64,000 nt of DNA. Origin: Antedon mediterranea (taxonomy: Eukaryota > Animalia > Echinodermata). Both the position numbers and the translations under genes were made by a program. Shown here in pieces: positions 24,501-36,500 of this stretch. Position 1 is the stretch's first letter. Every line of letters starts with the position of its first letter. The notes beneath the pieces are model-generated. The model worked only from the letters and a program-made list of their open reading frames with translations. It ran no database searches and was not told the DNA's origin. The stretch spans positions 20,770,001 through 20,834,000 of the forward strand of contig NC_092674.1 of NCBI RefSeq assembly GCF_964355755.1, read 5' to 3'.

Positions 24501-27500
24501 CAACTACCCCTTAGGACAACTACCCTCTAGGACAACTACCCTCCTAGGACAACTTCTATGCCCCTAGGACAATAACACCTATATCATGACATCTACGCCT
24601 TAGGTTATAATTACAATCTTGTAAAACTTACTGAACTTCAAAACATAGGAAAAGATATTAATCTTGAATGAAAGCTTTTGAATGTTTTAATATGCGTATC
24701 GTTAGCATTTATCTTACATTAAACGAGAATCGATCAAATTATTAAAAAGTATTCCAATCTTGAAAAATAAAGGGGTGGGCTTATTTTATTTTTGTGTGAC
24801 ATGAAGATGTGTATATAAATCTAGGAACATACAGTTTACCTAGCTGCACCAGTCAATCAAATAGTCATTTAAGATCAATCTCTCTCCCTATGTTTTGAAA
24901 TTCAGCAAGTTTTACAAGATCGTAATTATACCCTAAGGTGTAGGTGGTGTTGTTGTTCTAGAGGGGTAGTTGTCCTAGGTGCATATCAGTTGGACTAGAG
25001 GGTAGTTGTAAGATAGTGGGACTGGAGCAGCCCCTTAATATCGATAAAAATGGCTCAAATTTGTTCTCTCTTTTCTTTTTTAAAAATGTTTTACCGCAAG
25101 AGCTTATGTTATGCTGTTTAATGACATTATACGTTTACTACTACAAGTCCAGTAATAATGGAATATTGGTTTGGCTGTTACTACTTCATAGAAGGACTTT
25201 AATTGATTTGTTTTTTACATTTTTTCCCCACTCCTGAGAAAATAGGACAATAAACGTTTTTGTTTTGATGTGTTTATGACTTAAACATTTCTACTTATTT
25301 CATTGTATTCCAATTCGTATTCTACAGCAAAGAACCTCCTAATTTTACTTTAGATTAAAAAAAAAACCTACACTATTAATCAATTGATTACATTAGACGA
25401 TTTGAAAATCAATCTCTCTTTCTCCCTCTCTCTCCCGTTTGACAGGTTCATACATTTCTTAGTCTACATATTATGAAAACATAGCTAACTGTGCCAATTG
25501 AAGAAATCCTTTTTCATAGTTTGTCCTAGAAGGTTTTAAAAAATAAATATCGGTACAGTTATTACAAAATAGACTACAAATCTTAGATACATACGTGGAT
25601 ATTTTAATAATTTCACTTCAAATATTGTTAAATGTGTAGTGTGGTACAACGCCCTCGTAGTCCCCTCTTCACACACAATTTGATTTTACAATACAATTGG
25701 CACCAAAAGAAGCAGCTTGTTAATTTGGTTATCAATCGTAGTTGTCCAAAGCTGTAGTGGTCTGTAGTGAATATATTTTAGTTGGTTCCGAGCTTTCTCA
25801 GGCGTATATATTTCCACGCGACGTACACAGCTGTCACTGAATGATAACTCATACAAAAAGTATATTTAACTCAACTAGAACTTTTATTCCTTGTAATTCG
25901 ATTAATAAATCTTTCTACCACTACCAGTCAAGCCTTAATATTTTCTTTATCAACTTTCCGTTTATCTACTCTGATCTTATTCTCTCTTCTCCCCCTAATA
26001 TCTATTACATTCCACTTTTATACTGGACATGCAAATTTTAGGCTTCAGAGGAGGATAACATTTTCCCTCCAAAAATTATACGATTTTGATTGGCTAATAA
26101 TAAGGCGGACCTGGTCTAAAGCATCCTTCTCTAAACACAGAGAATCACAACATCAATAATATGACATTCCCCTTTTTGGGAAAAAGATTGTGTCAATCTT
26201 TCCAAAAATTTAACATTTAAAACCATTTTACTTTAAACTATCTACTAATAACACCTCTATAATATATTATGCACGGCTTAATCCATCTGCATTTCCATTT
26301 AATGATCCTTTCTTGTAAATAACTTTAAATTTATATCTTTGTAAAAACAGAGCCCATCTAATAAGTCTAACATTGGCACCCTTCATTGAGTCCATCCATC
26401 TCAATGCCTGGTGGTCAGTATGAACTTGAAATTCACAACCATACAGATAATACTTAAGTTTATTGATAGCCCAAACAATAGAGAGGCACTCTTTTTCTGG
26501 CACAGAATATCTCTGCTCATGTACAGATAACTTTCTACTTAAGTACACAATGGGATAATCATTACCCTCACCATCTATTTGGCTCAGCACTGCACCTATG
26601 CCATAATTTGAGGCATCGGTTTGCAATATAAACATCTTATCAAAATTTGGGGCTTTTAATACATTATCATCAGTAAGTCGTTTCTTTAAAGATACAAAGG
26701 CATTTTCACATTGTTCATTCCACTTAACGGTATTACTTTTACTCTTTAAAGTTAAATCAATCAATGGCTTAGCAATATCGGCATAGTTCTGTACAAATTT
26801 TCTGTAATAGCCAGTTAATCCGAGAAATGATCGGACTTGTTTCTTAGACAAAGGTCTGGGGAACTTTTCCACAGCCTCAACCTTATCAATCATGGGTCTA
26901 ATTTCTCCATTACCAATCTTATGCCCCAGAAATTCTACCTGTGCACAGGCAATTTTACATTTCAAAGGCTTTGCTGTCAATCCAGCACTACTTAATCTTT
27001 CTAATACATCATTCAAATGAAAACTATGATCTTTCCAAGTTTGACTATAAATACATATGTCATCTATATATGCCTTAGCATATCCCTCAGTACCTTGTAA
27101 TACCTTATCCATTAATCTTTGGAAAGTACTAGAGCTATTTTGCATACCAAATGGAAGTACATTGTAACAATACTGTCCAAATTGTGTAATAAATGCTGAT
27201 TTGTCTTTGGTCTTAGGATCCAGAGGCACCTGGTAAAATCCTTTAGTTAGATCTAACGTAGTTATGTATATTGCGGATGATACCTCATCCAACATTTCGT
27301 CTATGCGAGGCATAACATAAGGGTCAAATTGTGTAGTCTTATTTAGTGATCTAAAATCTGTCACCATTCTAATTTGATTCTGGCCTGTCTTCAGGGCAAT
27401 AATAGGTGCAGCATAGGCACTAACTTTAGGTTCTATTATACCCATAGCCAACATACTATCTAATTCCTCTTTCAATTTACCCTTTAATGCTTGGGGCGTT

Positions 27501-30500
27501 CTATATGCCCTATGCCTTATAGGCATTTCACCACTAGTCTTAATTTCATGTGTCACTAAGTGAGTTCTACCTGGTACATCCGAGAATACATTCTGTTGGT
27601 ACTTTAACAATTCTGTTAATTGTTTAGTTTGTATATCATTTAAATTACTACTAACGTTAACATCTCTCCATGTTTGTGATTGATGATAAGACAATCCTAT
27701 GTCTATTTCACTATCTAACTCATTGTCATGGACTGTTTCATTTAAGTCTACTTCTTCTATCGACTGAACATTAGTTACTACATAATAACCATCTTTACTT
27801 ATTTCTACTTTATCATACCATCTCTTTAACATATTAACATGTAGAATTTGTTTTTCTTTTCTTCTACCTCCTATGTATATTTCATAATTTACATCATTGA
27901 CCTTTTTTGTAACAGTGAAGGGGCCTTGCCATTTACTGTCTAACTTACTATTTCCTACTGGAAGGAATATCAACACTTTGTCCCCTTCTACAAATTCTCT
28001 ATCAATAGCATTCTTGTTATAATTGTGGGACATAATTTCTTGTTGTTCAAGTTTGTTTACATTAGCATCTTTCATTAATTCCTCCATTTTTTCTCTTATG
28101 TCTAACATGTATTTGATAACATCAGTAGATGTTTCTTCATCTTCTACCCAATTACTTTTGAGTAAACTCAAGGGTCCCCTCACCTCTCTACCATAAAGCA
28201 ATTTAAAAGGTGAATGGCCCGTCGCTTTACTAGGAACTTCTCTGTATGCAAACAGAAAGGGGGGTATGTAGTTGTCCCAATTTTTTCTTTGCTTAACTGT
28301 AAGTGTCCTTTTCATATTTTTCAATGTACCGTGAAATCTTTCAACAAGCCCATTGCTTTGGGGGTGGTACACTGTAGTCTTTAATTGATTAATCCCCAAC
28401 ATACTACATATAGATTGCATAATTGAAGACATGAAATTAGTTCCTTGATCATGTACAATCTCTTCGGGTAATCCTACTCTAGTAAAGACTTCTATTAGAG
28501 CCCTGGCTACTGTTTCAGCTCTAACATTGGGTAACGGGATAGCATCCGGATATCTCGTAGCATAGTCAATTATAGTAAGCATATATTTGTTATTACGGCT
28601 TGTTCTAGATAAGGGTCAAACAATGTCTATCGCTATACGTTTAAATGGTGTATTTATAATCGGTAATGGTATCAAAGTATGTTTCCTTTTACTTTTACCC
28701 TTATCTACCTTTTGGCATTCCTTACAGACTTTACAATAGACTACCACATCTTTAAATATACCTGGCCAATAGAATTGGTTCAGGACCCTACTTTTAGTTT
28801 TCTCAACACCCATGTGACCTGCAAATGGCACATTATGACCTAAGTGTAATACACCCTGTCGACACTGAGTGGGTAATACAATCTGTTCCACTTGGTTATT
28901 CTTATCTTTAATACTACTCCAATTTCTCATCAATATACCTTGTCTCATAAAGAAACACACCCTATGCTGACCTATTTCTTCTATAGGGACTACCCTGTCA
29001 AACACTCCTTTGAGTGTGTTATCCTTAGTTTGCAATTTGATCAGTTCTTGTTTAGTTAGGTTCAGCTTGTGCTGTTGTTCATAAGTTTTATGTTTGACTG
29101 TTTTATCTTTAGCTTTATCCTCATTTTCGTCAAACAAATTATTCATTTCTGTTCCATTCATATCATCTAAACACTTAATTTTATTTACTTTGTTGTCATT
29201 TACTACTGTTTTCAACAATTGTACATTAGTTTCTTTAGGCGGCTCTTCTATCGGCTTAAAGTTACTATCTTTCCCTAACAATATCATTTCGTCTTGTATT
29301 CTAACATCATTTTCTATTCTGGCTTGCTCCCTAGTTAGGACCAACATTTCTTTAGCCATTGTTTCCCCACAATTCTGGTCCAAATCATGACCCAATAACA
29401 TGTCCCTCTGTAATCCTTCGATTACGGCTACAATCAATTTTCCTGTCACTATCTTACTTTCTATAGCTACCTCAGCTAAGGGGACGGTAATATCGCCTCC
29501 TATACCTCTTAACGTAACCCATTTTCCTGGCAAGTAACATTTGTTAGGCACTAGACTTTCCTTAACAGCTGACTGGGTACATCCCGAGTCTCTAAGCATA
29601 GTTATATCCTGTCCTTCTAATTTTCCTGGTATTGTACACTTCTCCATTTTATTTTCTACACTATCCATAACTACTTGGGGTCTATATGATTTTATTCCTT
29701 TACATCTTAAGCCATCTTTCACATTCGGGCCCTTCTTAGTGTCACTAGTCTTTCCTTTTGCTACCATCTTAGGACAATCCCCTATTCTATGTCCCTTCTC
29801 CTTACAATTAAAGCATAGGCCATTAATCCATTCATTTGAAGGTTCTCTCTGTTGGAAATTTCTACCATAGTTATGGAATTTGCCTCCCCTTCCGCGATAC
29901 CTATTGTATCCTTGCTGCCTAGCTCCAGGGTTATTCTGAGTCGTACCATTCTTAGGTTTACTATTTTCTTGGCCCTTATAATACGTAGGCTTATTTTCAG
30001 AATTTACGGCATTCCAATAGCCACGGCCACCTCTATTAGCTATATAATCATCGGCTATCATAGCCATATCATAGCTCTTATTTACTTGTTTATCTCTAAG
30101 ATAAAGCCTCAGATCTTCAGGCATTTTATCAAGTGCCTGTTCCATTATAATCATTTCAATAATGCCTGCAGCATCATCTTCTTTTACATTAGCACATTTC
30201 ATCCAACATTTTAAATAATGGGAGAGCTCATTCAGCCATTCCCTGATGGACATATCTTTAACTCTGTTTGAATTTCTAAATTTAAATCTGTAGGTCTCTG
30301 CGGACACATCATACTTTGCTAAGATTGCCTTCTTTAAGGTATCATAATCTACACATTCTTTTACGGTTAAGGATGCATATGCTGTCCTAGCTTTACCAGA
30401 CAGTTCAGGTGCTAACCTAGCGGACCACGTATTCTTATCCCAACCTGTGGCTTCTGCCAAGTGTTCAAATGTTCTAAAATATATATCAATATCATCTGAT

Positions 30501-33500
30501 TCCTTCAAAGTAGGAACCTTTACCTTCATTTCATCTACTATATTCCTAGCATTACTGTAGCTAGACCTATTTTCTAATTCCATCATTTTCACTCTTTCTT
30601 GTGATTCAATTTTTCTTTGCTCTATATCTGCTTTTAATCTTAATTGGTCTTGTTGGTATTGTAATTCTAACTTTTTGTTTTCGGCCTCAAACTTCATTCG
30701 AAAATATTCATTCATATCTTTAGGCATACCGCCGGGTATTTAGGACAAATCAATATCCCTAGCCATTTTATCCTATATTTCATTGACTTGGTCAACCTCT
30801 TCTTGGTCAACCATATCTTCCCTAGTATCTTTTTCTGACATAGTCTTATCTATATTTTTACCCGATCTTAAAGTTGTCATGCTAATAACAATTTTACTAA
30901 TGAAATATATAAACTTATGTATTACCTTGATTCCATTCAGATATGTAAAAATATGAAATCCACATAAATTTCTAAATGCAATACAATATAAGACATTAAT
31001 TTACTTCAAAGTCACAAACAACGTTCCAAGTTCGCTCCGTACAAAAAATTTACTTTCGAAATAAAAAATAGTTTACAAAGTCAGCTTTGCAAATCTTCTC
31101 AAAATGTACTGGGCTTCCTTCTGTTACTTCAGTTTTCTTCGTTCAGATCTCGGTGAATATATATCTCCGGTGAATATCCAGCAGCCTTGAGCTCAACAGT
31201 ACTTCTTCGTTGTAATATCCAAACAACGCACGGTATAAAAACTGTCAGGAATCCAGATCTTCGTAACCATTTAACTTTTTGGTTACTGATTTAACAGGCC
31301 CGTAGAGTAGGCACTGTCACTTCTTCTTCTTCTTCTTGATACTTAAATCATGTATCTTAAACAAAAATTTTCACCGCTGCCACCATGTAGTGAATTTATT
31401 TTAGTTGGTTCCGAGCTTTCTCAGGCGTATATATTTCCACGCGACGTACACAGCTGTCACTGAATGATAACTCATACAAAAAGTATATTTAACTCAACTA
31501 GAACTTTTATTCCTTGTAATTCGATTAATACATCTTTCTACCACTACCAGTCAAGCCTTGATATTTTCTTTATCAACTTTCCGTTTATCTACTCTGATCT
31601 TATTCTCTCTTCTCCCCCTAATATCTATTACATTCCACTCTTATACTGGACATGCAAATTTTAGGCTTCAGAGGAGGATAACATTTTCCCTCCAAAAATT
31701 ATACGATTTTGATTGGCTAATAATAAGGCGGACCTGGTCTAAAGCATCCTTCTCTAAACACAGAGAATCACAACATCAATAATATGACATGGTCCTATGG
31801 GCCAATTGTAATTTTCTTCGTGGGTAGCTAGAGGGTAGTTTTCCTAGGGGTTAATTGTCCTAGGGGGTAATTGTCCTAGGGGGTAGTTGTCCTAGGGGGT
31901 AGTTGTCCTAGAGGGTAGTTGTCCTAGGGGGTAGTTGTCCTAGGGGGTAATTGTCCTAGGGGGTAGTTGTCCTAAGAGGGTAGTTGTCCGGGGGGTAGTT
32001 GTCCTAGGAGGGTGATATACTATTATCATTGCCTTTATTCATTAAACAATGTCAACCTTTCGGTCAAATTTTAAACATGGTAAATCCACACACCTGTCCG
32101 TACACCATTCTTAGAATTTAATAGATTTGTCATACATTTAAATAACTTAAATAAAAATACTAAAAAGCTACCTACTTACGTAAACAATCGGTAAGCCTTG
32201 ATAGTTCATATCCAGCCCGACACCCGCACTGAAATCCTCCAAACGTGTTAGTACAAACTTGGGCACATCCACCATTGTCTATCCAACACTCATTTACTAG
32301 TGAAATATGAAATCATTGTTAATAATAATCAGTTCTCTTATATCCGTGAACAGTGGAAGAGATTATTCAGAGAATTATATTTAGCAGCAAAGTTTGGTTC
32401 ATCACGTAGCACTTATTTTTTTGAAAATTTGTTGTCGGTCATTCATGGACACTCAATTCTGCAGGAGTGGGATGAGGAAAGGTTTGTTTAAAAAATACCG
32501 TAGCACATACGCCATACAAAAGAAACGGTGAAAACATGTTACGTAGGACTGTATCTTTACACAAAACGTAATAAGATGGAAAGCTCCATTAAATAAATAT
32601 GAAAACATTATCACAAAGCCGCGCTCGGAGAGTATGAATTAAAGTTTTGTACATGCATATTTACTTCCAATTTTATTTATGTATTTATATTTTGTTGTTG
32701 ATAAACTGTGGAACGAGTGAGATTATATATCGTGTAGTCTACTTACCATCATCGCATGCGTCTCCTACATAATTCTCTTCACATTCACAATAATCTAGAG
32801 CCTTGCACTTTCCGTAAACACACGCAGGATTACACACAGCTAGTAGAGAATTAAACGTTTATTACCACTATTACAAAACGTTTTTATTGACTTATTTATT
32901 ACCTCCGCCAAGGAGGTTATATTTTCACCCATGTATGTTTGTGTGTTTTTGTGTTTGTGTGCGTGGGTGGGGGTGTGTGTGTGTGTGTGTCTGTGAACAG
33001 CCTGGAGGCCACAGTTTTTATCCGATTCTCACCAAATTTGGAAACAATGATCTATGCCTCAAAAGCTCAGACGAGTTCTAATTTGAGGGGAAAAGGTCAT
33101 AGGTCAAGGTCACAACTAACAAAAAACTATATTACTACCTAGAGACCACAGTTTTTATCCAATTCTCACCAAACTTAGCCACAATGATCAATGACTCATC
33201 ATATAATTGTGGTTAAATTTTGAAGGGTCAGGGTCAAAGATCAAGGTTCACAAAAAACAAAAACAAAAATAAATAAAGAAATAATAATAAAAAAAAAAAA
33301 CCACAGTGGAACTTGAACCAGCGATCTCAACTGTGAGAGGCTGGATACATAACCATTACACCACACTCTCATCCAAAACTTTGTATGGTGTAGTTAGCCT
33401 ATTTACACTTAGAACTCATAAAAAAAATTAAAAAAAATATATATATTTTCCGGGGTCATTTCGTGTAGAGGAATTTTACAGTAGGCGGAGGTTTGTACTC

Positions 33501-36500
33501 TTAGAGTACCCTCTAGTTCATTTATTTATTGCTTCAGAAATATGTTTTTTTGTTAATCTTAAAATAATAAAATAACACAACCTCGCTATGTGACGCGACG
33601 ATAATGTTTTTGTACTACCTTCGCATTGTCCATCGCCATTCTCTAGATATCCAGTAAGACATTTTTGGCAATAATAACTTCCGTCGGTGTTAGTACATTC
33701 ATAATCACAGTCTCCGTTGTTGTTGTCGCATTCATTGACATCTTCAAATGTAATAAAATAAAAATATATGTCAACGAAACATAATATATGTATATCCCAT
33801 TCAAATATTGTACAAGAAATTGAAAGGAATTCTGTAAAATATCGTTACACTATAGGCCTATAATAACTTAACCCAGGTTCTGATACACTTTGCAGAAAAA
33901 TGTAGGCCTATATTTACATAACTAGTCGCTGTGTATTATATTAGTAGAGTCAGCAACTTGTGTCCACAACGACAATGTTCAACAGGATATTAAAACAATA
34001 GTTAAATTCCTTCCTCAGTCAGTGGCCATGATCAATGTTATCGTACAAATATTATAATTAATTATTATCTTCCTGCCAAATCTTTCGTTCTCGAGGAGAT
34101 ATTCTGTATTTGGGAGGTATTTTAAAAACCATATTGTCATAGGCATATTATGTTTACAATGCGTGAAAAGACTCACCGTCACACAGTGGTCCATCGAATC
34201 CGGACGAGCAATGACAATTATTTGGAGACACACATTTTCCACCAACACCACAGCTTCTTGCACATATTGCTGTAGAAAAAGATTAGCATACAAATAATGA
34301 ATGTGTATGAATTGAATGATGAGAATATTTATGCGTTGAAAGATTGATTGATCTATTTATCGAGGGGATTTTTATTCGAACGCGGATCATTCCTAACCTC
34401 GCTTTGCAAAAAGTTTACAAAAAGCTAAACGTTCAATAATAACGTTTATCATTAATTAGTGCAAAATAATGAATGACATGTGATGCCTAATTTTCCAATC
34501 TAAATTGCAAAACTACAATCAATTACAATAATAGTAGGCCTATTAATCAACCTACACAAACTTACGAATCGTGCATCCTCCTTGTCCGTCTTCACCCCAT
34601 CCGTCACAGCAAAAGTAGTTTGTTGAAGTGACCTCAAAGTACTCGGTGCGATACGATGTACTGTACCATTGCCTTCAAAAAAAAAAAAAAATGGGTAAAA
34701 AAAGAATATATAGATGTATTATCTTTTCATTATTGATAACTTATGGGTATTAATGTTAGGTCAGCGAAGCCATTATAGTGGGGTAGCATATGTATTACCG
34801 TATCTTTTCTTTTTTATGTTAAATTACGGTAATCATTTATTACAGTTTATGTTCAAGGGTTCACGCATAACCCAGTCGTTTCGTGTCATTAGTATAGTAT
34901 GTATTTTTTCGACACACATCCCCCACATTTGAATGCTATGCGATACAAAATGAACAAAACATAGATACTGTACTTGGATGTGGTGACATTGAATGCCATT
35001 AACAGTCTATAAACAAGACAAGAATGTACCTGTACTTTGTGCAACTCCACAAACCAAACAATCCACAATTTGTTTTACTCATAGTTTGTTGGGAGATTGG
35101 GTCATAGACTTGACGTGTCTGCAACACTTGTACATTTTTGCTGCAAACATTTTCCCTAATAAGAATAATTATACATTTTGAGATTAGAATCTGGTAACAT
35201 GGGGCCTGTTCGTAGGGGTTGAAAATACCAGCTTATAGTTCGATTACTAAAAGTGCTTGTCTTTAAGGTAAAGTATACATCCTGCAATTAAACTTATGCA
35301 TTATTACATATAAATCTAATGATAAAATCGCTTCCCATACGAATGACAACCATGGTTTTTAAAAGAGGAAGAGGAAAACGCATATAGTTTTTTAGAAACA
35401 AATTCTTCATTTTGCAAGAAGGTATACGCTACATAAGATCGTTTCACATACTCTCCCTCAATAAAAAAACGTTCTTTATCCACACAACACACAAATTGGT
35501 TGTAAACTACGGGGCGTCGTTTGGGACATAATGTTATAATACTACCAACTAAATGTATAATTTTTCAGCGGGTATGATTGATCCCTCAGAATATTTTAGT
35601 GGTACATTAATTAGATTGCAACTTCCGAGCAGGTATTGAAGTAAATATTTTACTTTATTAGTTGCTTAGTTATTAGTTAATTGTTATGTACATGTTGCGA
35701 TTATATGTATAAACGGGTCGGTACTTTTCATTTAACAATACCAAATCATCGATCGTATAAGGAATGAAATTTGATTAATTCTATCTCTGTATCGATCAAC
35801 GCACATCATGCAGTTGATGTGTAGTTTGTTGCCAGCACCTTTTGCATTGTCCTACTTTTCGATGTTGTGTGCCGCGCACCAAGCATGGATTGTCCCGCTT
35901 TTCTACATATTTAGACATAATCATAAAAAGTAACCGAACTAAACTCAGTTCATGTGTAATCCTTAGTACGTATTTTCAGCTTATGACATTTAATTTACTA
36001 TTTTATTGTCGCAATATCTGTACGTATCATGCATATCATATCATGCGATGATGCGTATTTTAGCAAGGTAATTCTATTATATTTATTATTTATATATACA
36101 CTGATACCATGTATACCATATACCATACTACAAGCAGCAAAGTGACTGTAATTGACAGTACAGTAGATAAATCAGACTATCTTTCCAGCTTACACAACTG
36201 GTAGGAATATCTGGGAAGCATTACTTTTTTTCTATGAGGTTAAGGCAGAAACTTAGGCCTAATTATTGTCTAGGTTGTGCCCACAGATGGTTCTCAAATA
36301 CCCAGTAATTTCAGCGATTTCAAATATACGTACCACAGGCCTAATACATTGTCGTTTACAGAAACACGATGATTTATGTAGTCAACTAAAATTAGCACTC
36401 TATGAATTACTTCCGAAAAAAAATGTTTGATTTGAACTCATTTTGTGATTTGTAATATGTAACATTACGGATGAGAGATGAGGAAGAGGATGTGTATAAA

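Larger units (their letters stand above)
25763..31789 (-). mobile_element. Full-length Gypsy LTR retrotransposon, Gmr1-type (PR-IN-RT-RH order)
   Basis: 404-bp TG...CA LTRs; 5-bp TSD TGGTC at 25758-25762 and 31790-31794; PBS TGGTGGCAGCGGTG (tRNA-Leu-like); PPT AAAAAGGGGGAA. Confidence 0.95.
24320..32015. mobile_element. Foldback/MITE-like element with inverted subterminal minisatellites, split by the Gypsy insertion
   Basis: (AGGACAACTACCCCCT)n at ~24325-24575 and its reverse complement at ~31830-32010, with a partial inverted copy at ~24940-25010. Termini and TSD were not resolved. Confidence 0.6.

Noticed and set aside
28583-28618. Programmed readthrough or frameshift between the Gypsy ORFs
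   Set aside because: The stop falls within the integrase core at a conserved Gly (GGA>TGA), which fits a nonsense mutation better.
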